A DNA stretch of 64,000 nt, taken from the NCBI GenBank assembly GCA_964637575.1, contig CAZWVU010000001.1, positions 53,009 through 117,008 of the forward strand, written 5' to 3'. Of the stretch, positions 56,218 to 64,000 are shown piece by piece. The notes under the pieces are model-generated. The model ran no database searches and was not told the origin of the DNA. It saw nothing but the letters and a program-made list of their open reading frames with translations. The DNA comes from an uncultured Candidatus Saccharibacteria bacterium. GTDB taxonomy: Bacteria; Patescibacteriota; Minisyncoccia; UBA6257; WO2-44-18. Numbering within the stretch: the first letter of the stretch is position 1; each line of letters begins with the position of its first letter. Made by a program: the position numbers and the translations under genes.

Positions 56218-57375
56218 TTATTTTAATACGTTTCTGATGATTTTGACCACATAATTTATATCTGTCTTCCGGATCCCGCGGCCAACGCTGAAGCGAAGGC
56301 TGCCGCCAGCCCGACTCTTGGAAAATCCGAGCGCCTCCAAAACGTATGATGTTTTGGAAACACGGGTGGAACAGGCCGCCCCCGGGGACGCCGCAATGCC
56401 GGCAAGATCCAATTTGATCTGAAGATCATGAGCCGTCTGTCCGGGGAAATAAATATTCAGATTATTCGGCAGGCGGTTTTCCCAGGATCCGTTTAGTTTC
56501 AGCGAAGGCACGGCGTCGTGCAAAGCATCCCAAAAATAATTGCGGATCGCGGCCACCCGCATCCCCTCCGATGCGCGCTGCGCTGCGGCTATTTCCACCG
56601 CCCTTGCGAATCCCGCCAGGTACGGCACGTTTTCAGTTCCGGAACGCCGCCCCGCTTCCTGACCGGAGCCGGTAATGATCGGGCTGAGGCCTACGCCCTT
56701 TCGCACATACAAAGCGCCGACGCCTTTGGGTCCGTAGATTTTATGGGCGGAGATAGTAAGAAGGTCAACGCCAAGATGTTTCGGCACGCACTCCAGATAT
56801 TGAAACGACTGCACCGCGTCGCTGTGAAATAACGGATAGGGCGAACCGGGCGCGCGACGCGAAGCCAAGAGCCTGGCAATTTCCTGGACAGGCTGAATGG
56901 TGCCAATTTCATTATTGGCATGCATCACCGAAACAAGGATGGTCCATTCATTCAGCGCAGAAGCAACTTTTTGAGGATCAACGATTCCTTCTTCCCCCAC
57001 CGGAACATATACCACCTCCGCCAATCCTTCTCGCTCCAGATCGCGGCACGTCTCCAATACTGATTCATGCTCGATGGCGGTAGTAATAATTCTCGGCATG
57101 CCTCCTGCATTGTTATATGCCTTCACCGCTCCCCTGATTGCCAGATTGTTGGCTTCCGTGGCGGACCCGGTAAAAATAATCTCCCGGTAATCAGCGCCGA
57201 GCGCGGCGGCTACCGCCCGCCGGGCGGCAAATACCGCGGCGGACGCTTCCTGGCCGAACCGGTGCAGAGCGCTTGGATTGCCGTATACCGCTCCGAAATA
57301 AGGAGCCATCGCCCGCTCCACCCGCCGGTCTACCGGAGTCGAGGCCGCATAATCAAGATAGATTCGTTTAGGCAT
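56218..57375 (-). CDS. iscS: cysteine desulfurase (IscS/NifS)
   Basis: YLDYAAST, NNEIGTIQ, HSDAVQ, SAHKIYGPKG, GAACS. Start set at MPKRI. Confidence 0.9.
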   Translation of the reverse strand: MPKRIYLDYAASTPVDRRVERAMAPYFGAVYGNPSALHRFGQEASAAVFAARRAVAAALGADYREIIFTGSATEANNLAIRGAVKAYNNAGGMPRIITTAIEHESVLETCRDLEREGLAEVVYVPVGEEGIVDPQKVASALNEWTILVSVMHANNEIGTIQPVQEIARLLASRRAPGSPYPLFHSDAVQSFQYLECVPKHLGVDLLTISAHKIYGPKGVGALYVRKGVGLSPIITGSGQEAGRRSGTENVPYLAGFARAVEIAAAQRASEGMRVAAIRNYFWDALHDAVPSLKLNGSWENRLPNNLNIYFPGQTAHDLQIKLDLAGIAASPGAACSTRVSKTSYVLEALGFSKSRAGGSLRFSVGRGIRKTDINYVVKIIRNVLK

Positions 57376-57436
57376 TTTAGTCTCACCTACTATAATAGTA
57401 GACAAAGTTTCCGTAAAGTTGTACTTTATTAGCAAC

Positions 57437-57934
57437 ATGAGTGCATCTTCGGAACTGTTATTTTTTAATAGCTCGCTGGGAATACAATTAAACGCCGAAC
57501 AGGTCAGCCGGGAAATTGTGAACTTTATGAACGAAAAGCCCGACTATGAATATAAAGTCACGCTGGGCACCGATTCCGAAAAAGATCCGGACAATCATGC
57601 CGACTTTGTGACCGCCATCGTGGTGCATCGGGTGGGCAACGGGGGCCGCTACTTCTGGCGCCGGATTGACGGATCAGAAAAATACCACACCCTCCGCAAC
57701 CGGATTACCCAGGAAGTGCTTATTTCCCTGGACATCGCCAAATATTTTCTCGAAGTGATGAAACATGTCGGCGCGCCGAAATTCGATTTTGAAATTCATG
57801 TGGACGTCGGCGAAAACGGGGCCACGCGAATGCTTATCCAGGAACTGGTCGGCATGATCCGGGCCAACAATTTTGAAGTCCGCACCAAGCCGGACAGTTA
57901 TGCCGCCTCCAAAGTGGCGGACCGGCACGTGTAA
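57437..57934 (+). CDS. RNase H-like YkuK (DUF458) family protein
   Basis: GTDS, TAIVVHRVGNGGRYF, EIHVDVG, KPDSYAASKVADRH. Confidence 0.85.
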   Translation: MSASSELLFFNSSLGIQLNAEQVSREIVNFMNEKPDYEYKVTLGTDSEKDPDNHADFVTAIVVHRVGNGGRYFWRRIDGSEKYHTLRNRITQEVLISLDIAKYFLEVMKHVGAPKFDFEIHVDVGENGATRMLIQELVGMIRANNFEVRTKPDSYAASKVADRHV

Positions 57935-57950
57935 CGACATATCGCATCCG

Positions 57951-58514
57951 ATGGACAAACTTGTAATTGATATCGAAACAAAAAATACGTTCGCCGAAGT
58001 CGGCGGACAAAGCAATATCCACAAGCTGGACGCTTCCTTTGTAGGCGTCTACTCCTATAACAAAGATCGGTATTTCTCGTTTTACGAACACCAGTTTGCC
58101 GAACTGGGGGCGCTTTTTCAGACGGCCGGCCTGATTATCGGCTTCAGCATCAACCGGTTTGATATTCCGGTCATGGAAAAATATTTCAAATTCAATCTGA
58201 AGGCGATTCCCTGCCTGGATCTGCTTGAAGAAATTGAACTTGGCCTCGGCCAGCGCATCAGCCTGGATATTCTCGCGAAAACCAATCTTGGCATCGGCAA
58301 AACCCATCACGGATTGGATGCGATCAAATTCTACCGCGAGGGCAATCTGGAAGAACTGAAAAACTACTGCTTGCACGACGTGAAAATCACCAAAGATCTT
58401 TATGATCTCGCGAAAAAGCAGGGGCATTTGCTGGTTCCCCGCAAATATTCCGATGAAATCGTAAAGGTTTCTTTTGACTGGAAAGAACAGATCCTGCCCG
58501 CGACATTATTTTAA
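57951..58514 (+). CDS. RNase H-like/DEDD exonuclease domain protein (YprB-like)
   Basis: VIDIET, IGFSINRFD, LDLL, SLD, YCLHDV. Confidence 0.8.
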   Translation: MDKLVIDIETKNTFAEVGGQSNIHKLDASFVGVYSYNKDRYFSFYEHQFAELGALFQTAGLIIGFSINRFDIPVMEKYFKFNLKAIPCLDLLEEIELGLGQRISLDILAKTNLGIGKTHHGLDAIKFYREGNLEELKNYCLHDVKITKDLYDLAKKQGHLLVPRKYSDEIVKVSFDWKEQILPATLF

Positions 58515-58543
58515 AAAAACGCCTCCGGTTTGCCGGAGGCGTT
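58513..58543 (-). terminator. intrinsic terminator between convergent genes
   Basis: AACGCCTCCGG/CCGGAGGCGTT stem, U-tract on the minus strand. Confidence 0.8.
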
Positions 58544-58546
58544 GGG

Positions 58547-58771
58547 CTAGTCCTTATCCTTGTCGCCCTTGTTCTTTCCCTTTCCCTTGCCGTGATCGTC
58601 GTTGTCGTCGCCGCTGTGTCCGTGGCCGTTGCTGTTGCCCGGCGGATCGTTCTGACCCGGCGGATTGGTCACGGTGGTGTTGATCACCGTGTAATCATTG
58701 CGATGGCTGCGATGGCAGCCGCTGAACACCAGCACGCAAAGAAGCGCGAGAGCGAATCCGAAACGCCGCAT
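58547..58771 (-). CDS. small lipoprotein with low-complexity tail
   Basis: Lipobox LVFSG-C; NPPGQNDPPGN..HGKGKGKNK tail; SD GAGGTGA, promoter TTGATT-17-TAGACT, own terminator. Confidence 0.65.
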   Translation of the reverse strand: MRRFGFALALLCVLVFSGCHRSHRNDYTVINTTVTNPPGQNDPPGNSNGHGHSGDDNDDHGKGKGKNKGDKDKD

Positions 58772-58805
58772 GTATCACCTCACAAAAATCTAAAGGCAGT
58801 CTAGA

Positions 58806-59699
58806 TTATATTTCAGAGAAAATCAAGCGCCGGAGTTCGGAAAATCGATCCTTAAAAACCTGCTCACGCGTCGCTTCCATGTTCAGGCGGATCAGATTTT
58901 CCGTGTTGGAAGCGCGGACGTTGAACCACCAATCCGGAAATTCCATGGAGAGTCCGTCCAGCTCCTGTATCCGTGACGCCTGGCTCGCATAGGCCAGATG
59001 CAATTGTTTCAATTTCTTTTCTTTATCGGCAACTTCAAAATTTACCTCGCCGGATATCCAATGCGGCGGAAGCTGCCGGATCCATTCGGAAAGAGGCATG
59101 GGAAGGGCGCTGACGGCATTTGCGAATTGGATTGCCGCAAAAATTCCCGAATCAAAATAAAAAAAGTTTTTAAAATAGTAATGGCCGGACTGCTCCGCCG
59201 CAAATTCCATCCCTCCTGCCCGCATTGCTTGTTTCACGAAATGGTGCCCGACGCGGACATCCACCGCGGCTCTCCCCTGCTGCAAAAGTTGGCTTCTGAC
59301 GAAAGGGCCGATGTTTACCGGTAAAAGGACATCCCCGCGGAAACAATTGGCCAGAAAAAGAATCGCCGCCGCGGGCTCCAAAGAATTTCCTTTTTCATCG
59401 ACAAAAAAAACCCGGTCGCCATCGGCGTCAAAAATGACTCCGGCATCCGCATGGACGCGAATGACGGTCCGGCGGAGCTCCTCTTGGGCTCCTTCCGCCA
59501 GGGGATTAGGGCCGTGCGCGGGGAAATTCCCATCCGGACGGTCATGTAGCATCTGGACGGTAAGATGTGGAATACCGGCGAATAATTCTTTGAGTACCAG
59601 GCCCGCGGTGCCATTTGAACAGTCGCAGACCAGCGAAATTGGCCGCGAGGGATGAAGGTTCTTTTTCAGGAAATCCGCGTACAGTCGTATGTAGTTCAT
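58806..59699 (-). CDS. manB: phosphomannomutase/phosphoglucomutase, domains II-IV
   Basis: DCSNGTAG, DGNFP, FDADGDR metal loop, AEQSGHYY, VRASNTE; lacks the phosphoserine domain. Confidence 0.8.
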   Translation of the reverse strand: MNYIRLYADFLKKNLHPSRPISLVCDCSNGTAGLVLKELFAGIPHLTVQMLHDRPDGNFPAHGPNPLAEGAQEELRRTVIRVHADAGVIFDADGDRVFFVDEKGNSLEPAAAILFLANCFRGDVLLPVNIGPFVRSQLLQQGRAAVDVRVGHHFVKQAMRAGGMEFAAEQSGHYYFKNFFYFDSGIFAAIQFANAVSALPMPLSEWIRQLPPHWISGEVNFEVADKEKKLKQLHLAYASQASRIQELDGLSMEFPDWWFNVRASNTENLIRLNMEATREQVFKDRFSELRRLIFSEI

Positions 59700-60085
59700 A
59701 GAGAAGCGACCAGCTCCGCAACCGCGGTGCCGCTCATGGTTTCAGTCTTTGCCCCGACTATTTTGAAGCCGTTGTACTCTTTGGGATTGTGCGAGGCCGT
59801 CACCATGATTCCTCCGGCCGCCGCCCGTTCGTGCGCCAAAAAATAAAACATCGGAGTAGTTGCCAGATCAATTTTTTCCACAGTGATAGCGGGATTGGTC
59901 GCAAGACCTTCTATTACCGCGGCATAGAGCATCGGGGAGCTTAGCCGCGCATCGTGCGCGACCAGCACCGTGCCCCGCCTCCAATACCGCGCCAACGCTT
60001 TGCCGATAATCCGCGCGGAATCCTCATCAAGCTCTTCGGGATACCGCCCGCGGATGTCGTATGCTTTAAAAATAGCGGTATTCAT
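59696..60085 (-). CDS. manB: phosphomannomutase/phosphoglucomutase, domain I
   Basis: IFKAYDIRG, HDARLSS, TASHNP phosphoserine loop; stop overlaps the next start (ATGA). Confidence 0.8.
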   Translation of the reverse strand: MNTAIFKAYDIRGRYPEELDEDSARIIGKALARYWRRGTVLVAHDARLSSPMLYAAVIEGLATNPAITVEKIDLATTPMFYFLAHERAAAGGIMVTASHNPKEYNGFKIVGAKTETMSGTAVAELVASL

Positions 60086-60086
60086 A

Positions 60087-60674
60087 TCAGATAACTTGGG
60101 CGAGAAATTCACTCCAGCTTGCGACGCAGGTCTGCGCCGGGGACGAACCTTTGAAATTACCGAATTGGTCCAGTAAAAATTTTCTCGGCACGCTTGTTAT
60201 GTGCTCCAGCACGCTCGCCTGATCGTCAAAATACACCGTCACGCCAAGCGCGCGGGCTTGGATATTTTTCTCCTGGGCAGTTTCAACAAAAAAAACGTTC
60301 TCTTCATTAAAGTATGACGCCCAGAGGCCGTGCTTTTTCAGAATTGCCTTGGGAATGTCGGCATCTTTCCGCCGGGAAATAAGATAGAAGGGGATGCCTT
60401 TGGTTTTCAGGGCGGCAAGCCCGTTTTTCGCGCCATCAATAATACCGGCGCGAAGCGCGGTTGCGGGATTTTGATACAAAAGAAATTTTAATGTATCCAG
60501 GTCTTCCGGAGAAACGATCTCGCCTATGCGGTCAGCCGCGGTATCTTCAGGGGTGAGCTGGTAGCCGAGTTTCTTGGCGAAGGCGATCTTGGATCGGGTA
60601 TTGTCGATAATCACGCCATCCATGTCCAAACCCACTATTAACAAGTTATCCACATTTTTAGCTTTCGCAACCAT
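60087..60674 (-). CDS. HAD-superfamily hydrolase (5'-nucleotidase-like)
   Basis: GLDMDGVI, ISRR, K..., YFDD. Confidence 0.75.
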   Translation of the reverse strand: MVAKAKNVDNLLIVGLDMDGVIIDNTRSKIAFAKKLGYQLTPEDTAADRIGEIVSPEDLDTLKFLLYQNPATALRAGIIDGAKNGLAALKTKGIPFYLISRRKDADIPKAILKKHGLWASYFNEENVFFVETAQEKNIQARALGVTVYFDDQASVLEHITSVPRKFLLDQFGNFKGSSPAQTCVASWSEFLAQVI

Positions 60675-60754
60675 CTACTTCATATTACTTTTAAAATAGC
60701 TCGTCACACAATAGAATCGCGCAGGTTACTCACCGTTTGCGAGAGGAGAGGCCT

Positions 60755-61480
60755 ATGAAGTGCGCGGTGAGTGAGGGTTGCTTTGAGCAGAGGTCAAAAC
60801 GGATCCAAAAGTATCTTTGCACGGACATCCGCTACAATAAGAAAATTCTCAAGCGGCCGTTTTTCTTTGAATTCACCGGAACGCCATCGGCGGGAAAAAC
60901 AACCACCATCACCGAACTCGACAAATTCTTGAGGAAGATGGATTTCCGGGTATACCGGCCTCCGGAAGGCGCCGAGGTGATCAGGCACATTACCCGGGAC
61001 ACGCCCCTCTTCAATATCCGGACGGGAAATTACTCGGTTGACCTGCTCATGGACCTTTCTCAGGGCCACCAATATGATATCGTCCTCCTTGATCGCGGTC
61101 CTTATGACGCGTATTGCTGGATGATTCATTGGCGCGAGAAGGGATTGCTGACTCCACACGACCAGCGTCTCTATCAGCGTTACTATCTTTCCAGGCTCTG
61201 GACGCAATACATAGACGTTGCCTACTTCATGGTATGCAGCGCCGAAGCGGCGATCCAGCGGGAATTGAAGAACGCTCCGACACGAAAACTTGGTTCGACC
61301 ACCAATCCGGAATCAATTCAGATTCTGGAAACCCGGTACCGACAAGCCTTCCGCCAGTTGCGGCAAAAACACCCGCAATTACGATTCTTTGACACCACCC
61401 GATTTGATGAACGCAGCATGGTCGACGAAATCGCCAACCAACTGCTCGTCATTATGGAGAAAAAAGCCGCCAACCGCTAA
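60755..61480 (+). CDS. thymidylate/deoxynucleotide kinase-like P-loop protein
   Basis: EFTGTPSAGKTT, LLDRG; SD AGGAG before ATG 60755; terminator-like hairpin at the stop. Confidence 0.7.
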   Translation: MKCAVSEGCFEQRSKRIQKYLCTDIRYNKKILKRPFFFEFTGTPSAGKTTTITELDKFLRKMDFRVYRPPEGAEVIRHITRDTPLFNIRTGNYSVDLLMDLSQGHQYDIVLLDRGPYDAYCWMIHWREKGLLTPHDQRLYQRYYLSRLWTQYIDVAYFMVCSAEAAIQRELKNAPTRKLGSTTNPESIQILETRYRQAFRQLRQKHPQLRFFDTTRFDERSMVDEIANQLLVIMEKKAANR

Positions 61481-61494
61481 GGCGGTATTTTTTT
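61473..61494 (+). terminator. probable intrinsic terminator
   Basis: ACCGC-TAAG-GCGGT + ATTTTTTT. Confidence 0.5.
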
Positions 61495-61530
61495 ATATAT
61501 TTGGGTATAATGAGGAGTATACAAACAGGC

Positions 61531-63648
61531 ATGGCAAAAAAAGATAAGCAGAAACAAAGCTTTCTTATAAATCCGGAAACAAAAAACAGCATTGTCGCTA
61601 TTTTTTTAATTGGCATTGCGGCAATCCTGATCCTTGCGGCCTTTGAAAAAGCGGGTCCGGTCGGAATTTTTATTCATAGCATTCTCAATAATCTTTTTGG
61701 CTGGGGATATTATCTTCTTCCCACCATCGCGCTTCTTATCGCGGCGTTTTTTCTTTTTTCCCGCCAACGCGTCCTGATCGGAACGAGTATGATCGGCGCG
61801 CTTATGTTTATCGTGTTTGGCCTTGGCCTTATCGACATCGCCCTGTCGGGACACGGCGGAATAGTCGGAAAAGTTATTGGGTTTCTGCAGGTACCATTCG
61901 GCTACACTGCTTCGATGGTACTTACTTTTATTCTCTTATTGGTATCTCTTCTCATAACGTTTAATGCTTCGATCAAATTCAGGAAAGTGGAGAAGAATGA
62001 AAAAGAAACAGGGCAGCGCGCGTCCGATGAAGATTTGGACAAAGCGGTGATTGCCGCGTCGGAAGAAAAAGCCGCACCAATTCACCTTAAAAAGGATAGG
62101 GACAGCGAAGTTCAGAAAAAAGAAATCATTGAAGAATCGCCCGACTTTACGGCAGCGCTTCCCGCGGCAAGTAAAAAATCATTTAAAGTAAAAGCACCGG
62201 CGAATTACGTGGCGCCGCCCTCTGATCTTTTGAAATCCTCCGTGGAAAAGCCTACTTCCGGCGATCTTCGCGCAAACGCCAACATTATCAAACGCACCCT
62301 GGAAAGTTTCGGCATCCCGGTGGAAATGGGAGAAATCAATATCGGGCCGAAGGTCACGCGCTATACCCTGAAACCGGCCGAAGGGGTGAAGCTGAGCAAG
62401 ATCCTCGCGCTCAATTCCGATCTGGCGCTGGCCTTGGCCGCACATCCAATCAGGATCGAAGCGCCAATTCCTGGAAAATCCCTGGTGGGTATCGAGGTGC
62501 CGAATAAATCAGCGGCGATTGTTCGCCTTGGCAGCCTGATCGCCTATCCGGAATTCCGCGAATCAGGACCCCTGGCATTTGTACTGGGACGGGGCGTAAG
62601 CGGAGAACCGATTATGGGTGATATTGAGAAAATGCCCCACTTGCTGGTAGCAGGAGCGACGGGAAGCGGTAAAAGCGTGGCAATTCATGGATTGATTGTT
62701 TCGCTGCTTTACAAAAACTCTCCGGACACCTTACGGCTGGCGATGATCGACCCGAAACGCGTGGAGCTTTCGATATATAACAACGTTCCCCATCTCATTG
62801 CTCCGGTGATCACGGATGGGAAAAAATCGATCGGGCTTTTCCGTTGGGCGATTAAAGAAATGGAACGGCGCTATGAGGTCCTCCTTGGCGCGGGGGCCCG
62901 CGATATCCGTTCATATAACCAGCGCAGCAAAGAAGCACTTCCCTATCTTGTAATTATCGTGGATGAAATGGCGGATTTAATGGCCGCGTACGGCAAAGAA
63001 ATCGAAGGTTCCATTGTCCGGCTTGCCCAAATGGCTCGCGCAACCGGAATTCATCTTGTTCTCGCGACGCAGCGTCCGTCGGTGGAAGTAATCACCGGCC
63101 TGATCAAGGCAAATATTACCGCCCGGATGGCGCTCCAAGTGGCCAGCCAGATTGATTCCCGAACAATCCTGGATGCCGCAGGAGCGGAGAAACTTCTTGG
63201 CGGCGGAGATATGCTTTTTATATCGTCAGAATTTTCCAAACCGAAACGCATTCAAGGCGCGTACATTTCGGAGGATGAAATCAGTAAGGTCTCTTCTTTT
63301 ATCAGCGACAATAATGAGAGCGCTGGCTGGGCAAGCGGCGCCACCAGCGAAAACATTCCTCTCCCGATGAAATCAGATGATGGAAAAACGAGTTCAGATT
63401 TTCTTGACGAACTCAGCGGCGACGGGGAAATCGATGATGAGATGTTTGAAGAGGCAGTGAAGGTGGTGACGGAAGCTCAAAAAGCATCTGCTTCTTTGCT
63501 TCAGCGCCGCCTTAAAGTCGGGTATGCACGAGCCGCCCGGCTTCTCGATCTCATGGAAGAAAAAGGGTTGATCGGTCCTGGCGAAGGAGCTAAGCCGCGC
63601 GAAGTCTTCCTAAATCAAAGTAGTAGTGATACAATTGAGGGCGTATAA
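61531..63648 (+). CDS. ftsK: DNA translocase FtsK/SpoIIIE
   Basis: N-terminal TMs, RIEAPIPGK, AGATGSGKS, DPKRVEL, ATQRPSV, gamma domain LLQRRLKVGYARAARL. Confidence 0.97.
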   Translation: MAKKDKQKQSFLINPETKNSIVAIFLIGIAAILILAAFEKAGPVGIFIHSILNNLFGWGYYLLPTIALLIAAFFLFSRQRVLIGTSMIGALMFIVFGLGLIDIALSGHGGIVGKVIGFLQVPFGYTASMVLTFILLLVSLLITFNASIKFRKVEKNEKETGQRASDEDLDKAVIAASEEKAAPIHLKKDRDSEVQKKEIIEESPDFTAALPAASKKSFKVKAPANYVAPPSDLLKSSVEKPTSGDLRANANIIKRTLESFGIPVEMGEINIGPKVTRYTLKPAEGVKLSKILALNSDLALALAAHPIRIEAPIPGKSLVGIEVPNKSAAIVRLGSLIAYPEFRESGPLAFVLGRGVSGEPIMGDIEKMPHLLVAGATGSGKSVAIHGLIVSLLYKNSPDTLRLAMIDPKRVELSIYNNVPHLIAPVITDGKKSIGLFRWAIKEMERRYEVLLGAGARDIRSYNQRSKEALPYLVIIVDEMADLMAAYGKEIEGSIVRLAQMARATGIHLVLATQRPSVEVITGLIKANITARMALQVASQIDSRTILDAAGAEKLLGGGDMLFISSEFSKPKRIQGAYISEDEISKVSSFISDNNESAGWASGATSENIPLPMKSDDGKTSSDFLDELSGDGEIDDEMFEEAVKVVTEAQKASASLLQRRLKVGYARAARLLDLMEEKGLIGPGEGAKPREVFLNQSSSDTIEGV

Positions 63649-63655
63649 CGCCCCA

Positions 63656-64000
63656 ATGAATCCCGATCAAAAATCTCTTAAAGAACTTTTACTGGAACGC
63701 TTGGAAGGGAAAAATTTAAACGTTGAGAAAATTTTCCAGGCCACGGAAATCCCGAAGCATTATTTAGAATCAATGATGCGCGGGGATTGGAAAAAACTTC
63801 CCGCTGCTCCTTATACGCGGGGGTATTTTAAAAAACTGGCCGGCCTTCTGGATTGGAGCGACGGAGAGATGTGGCTTCTGTATCAAAACGAGGTAGACAC
63901 TTTGAAAGTCTCCGGCGCAACTGACAGGCTGCCGGAAAATCGCTTTGCCATTAAAAGGAAGGCGCGCGCCTGGACTTGGCCGGTGATCGCAGTCGTGCTG
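63656..64000 (+). CDS. rodZ: RodZ-like HTH membrane protein (partial, runs off right edge)
   Basis: Manual translation MNPDQKSLKELL...IPKHYLESMMRGDWKKLPAAPYTRGYFKKLA...WPVIAVVL; follows ftsK. Confidence 0.8.
   Translation, partial: MNPDQKSLKELLLERLEGKNLNVEKIFQATEIPKHYLESMMRGDWKKLPAAPYTRGYFKKLAGLLDWSDGEMWLLYQNEVDTLKVSGATDRLPENRFAIKRKARAWTWPVIAVVL

Noticed and set aside
60646-60654. DnaA box TTATCCACA as sign of oriC
   Set aside because: Single copy inside a coding region, with no cluster, unwinding element or dnaA nearby.
1-64000. tRNA, rRNA, transposase, prophage or defence genes
   Set aside because: None recognised; apart from the S-layer leader, intergenic gaps are too short and are explained by promoters and terminators.

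Overview
Bacterial window (code 11) with the hallmarks of a Patescibacteria/Parcubacteria (CPR) genome: very compact, mostly overlapping or leaderless genes, a Parcubacteria-type S-layer-like protein, ftsK-rodZ. The lineage is my inference. Bases 1-45.3 kb are one large, mostly minus-strand surface-glycan locus. It holds two AMP-ligase/carrier-protein pairs with AcpS and a GNAT, an isocitrate lyase-family enzyme, a PanE-family reductase, a transaldolase/GmhA/GHMP kinase/nucleotidyltransferase higher-sugar pathway, a B12 radical SAM, NeuC plus two NeuA, SqdB, a formyltransferase with folD/glyA, five methyltransferases, many glycosyltransferases, a GT-C-like membrane protein and a flippase. An S-layer-like gene and housekeeping genes follow (galU, clpB, htrA, iscS, split manB, ftsK, rodZ). 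The most interesting signals are non-coding. (1) Nine precursor-supply enzyme genes are each built as a separate unit: sigma70 promoter, short leader with a boxA-like GNACATTGA motif, SD, and usually a terminator; most other promoter-proximal genes are leaderless. (2) Five intrinsic terminators carry the -35 box of the next promoter in their loop. (3) A cluster of ATTGCCG heptamers lies in the 3' half of a wHTH gene and in the S-layer promoter region. (4) The S-layer gene has a structured attenuator-like leader. (5) A ~91 bp MITE is inserted exactly at an overlapping gene junction. No rRNA, tRNA, CRISPR array or transposase was seen.
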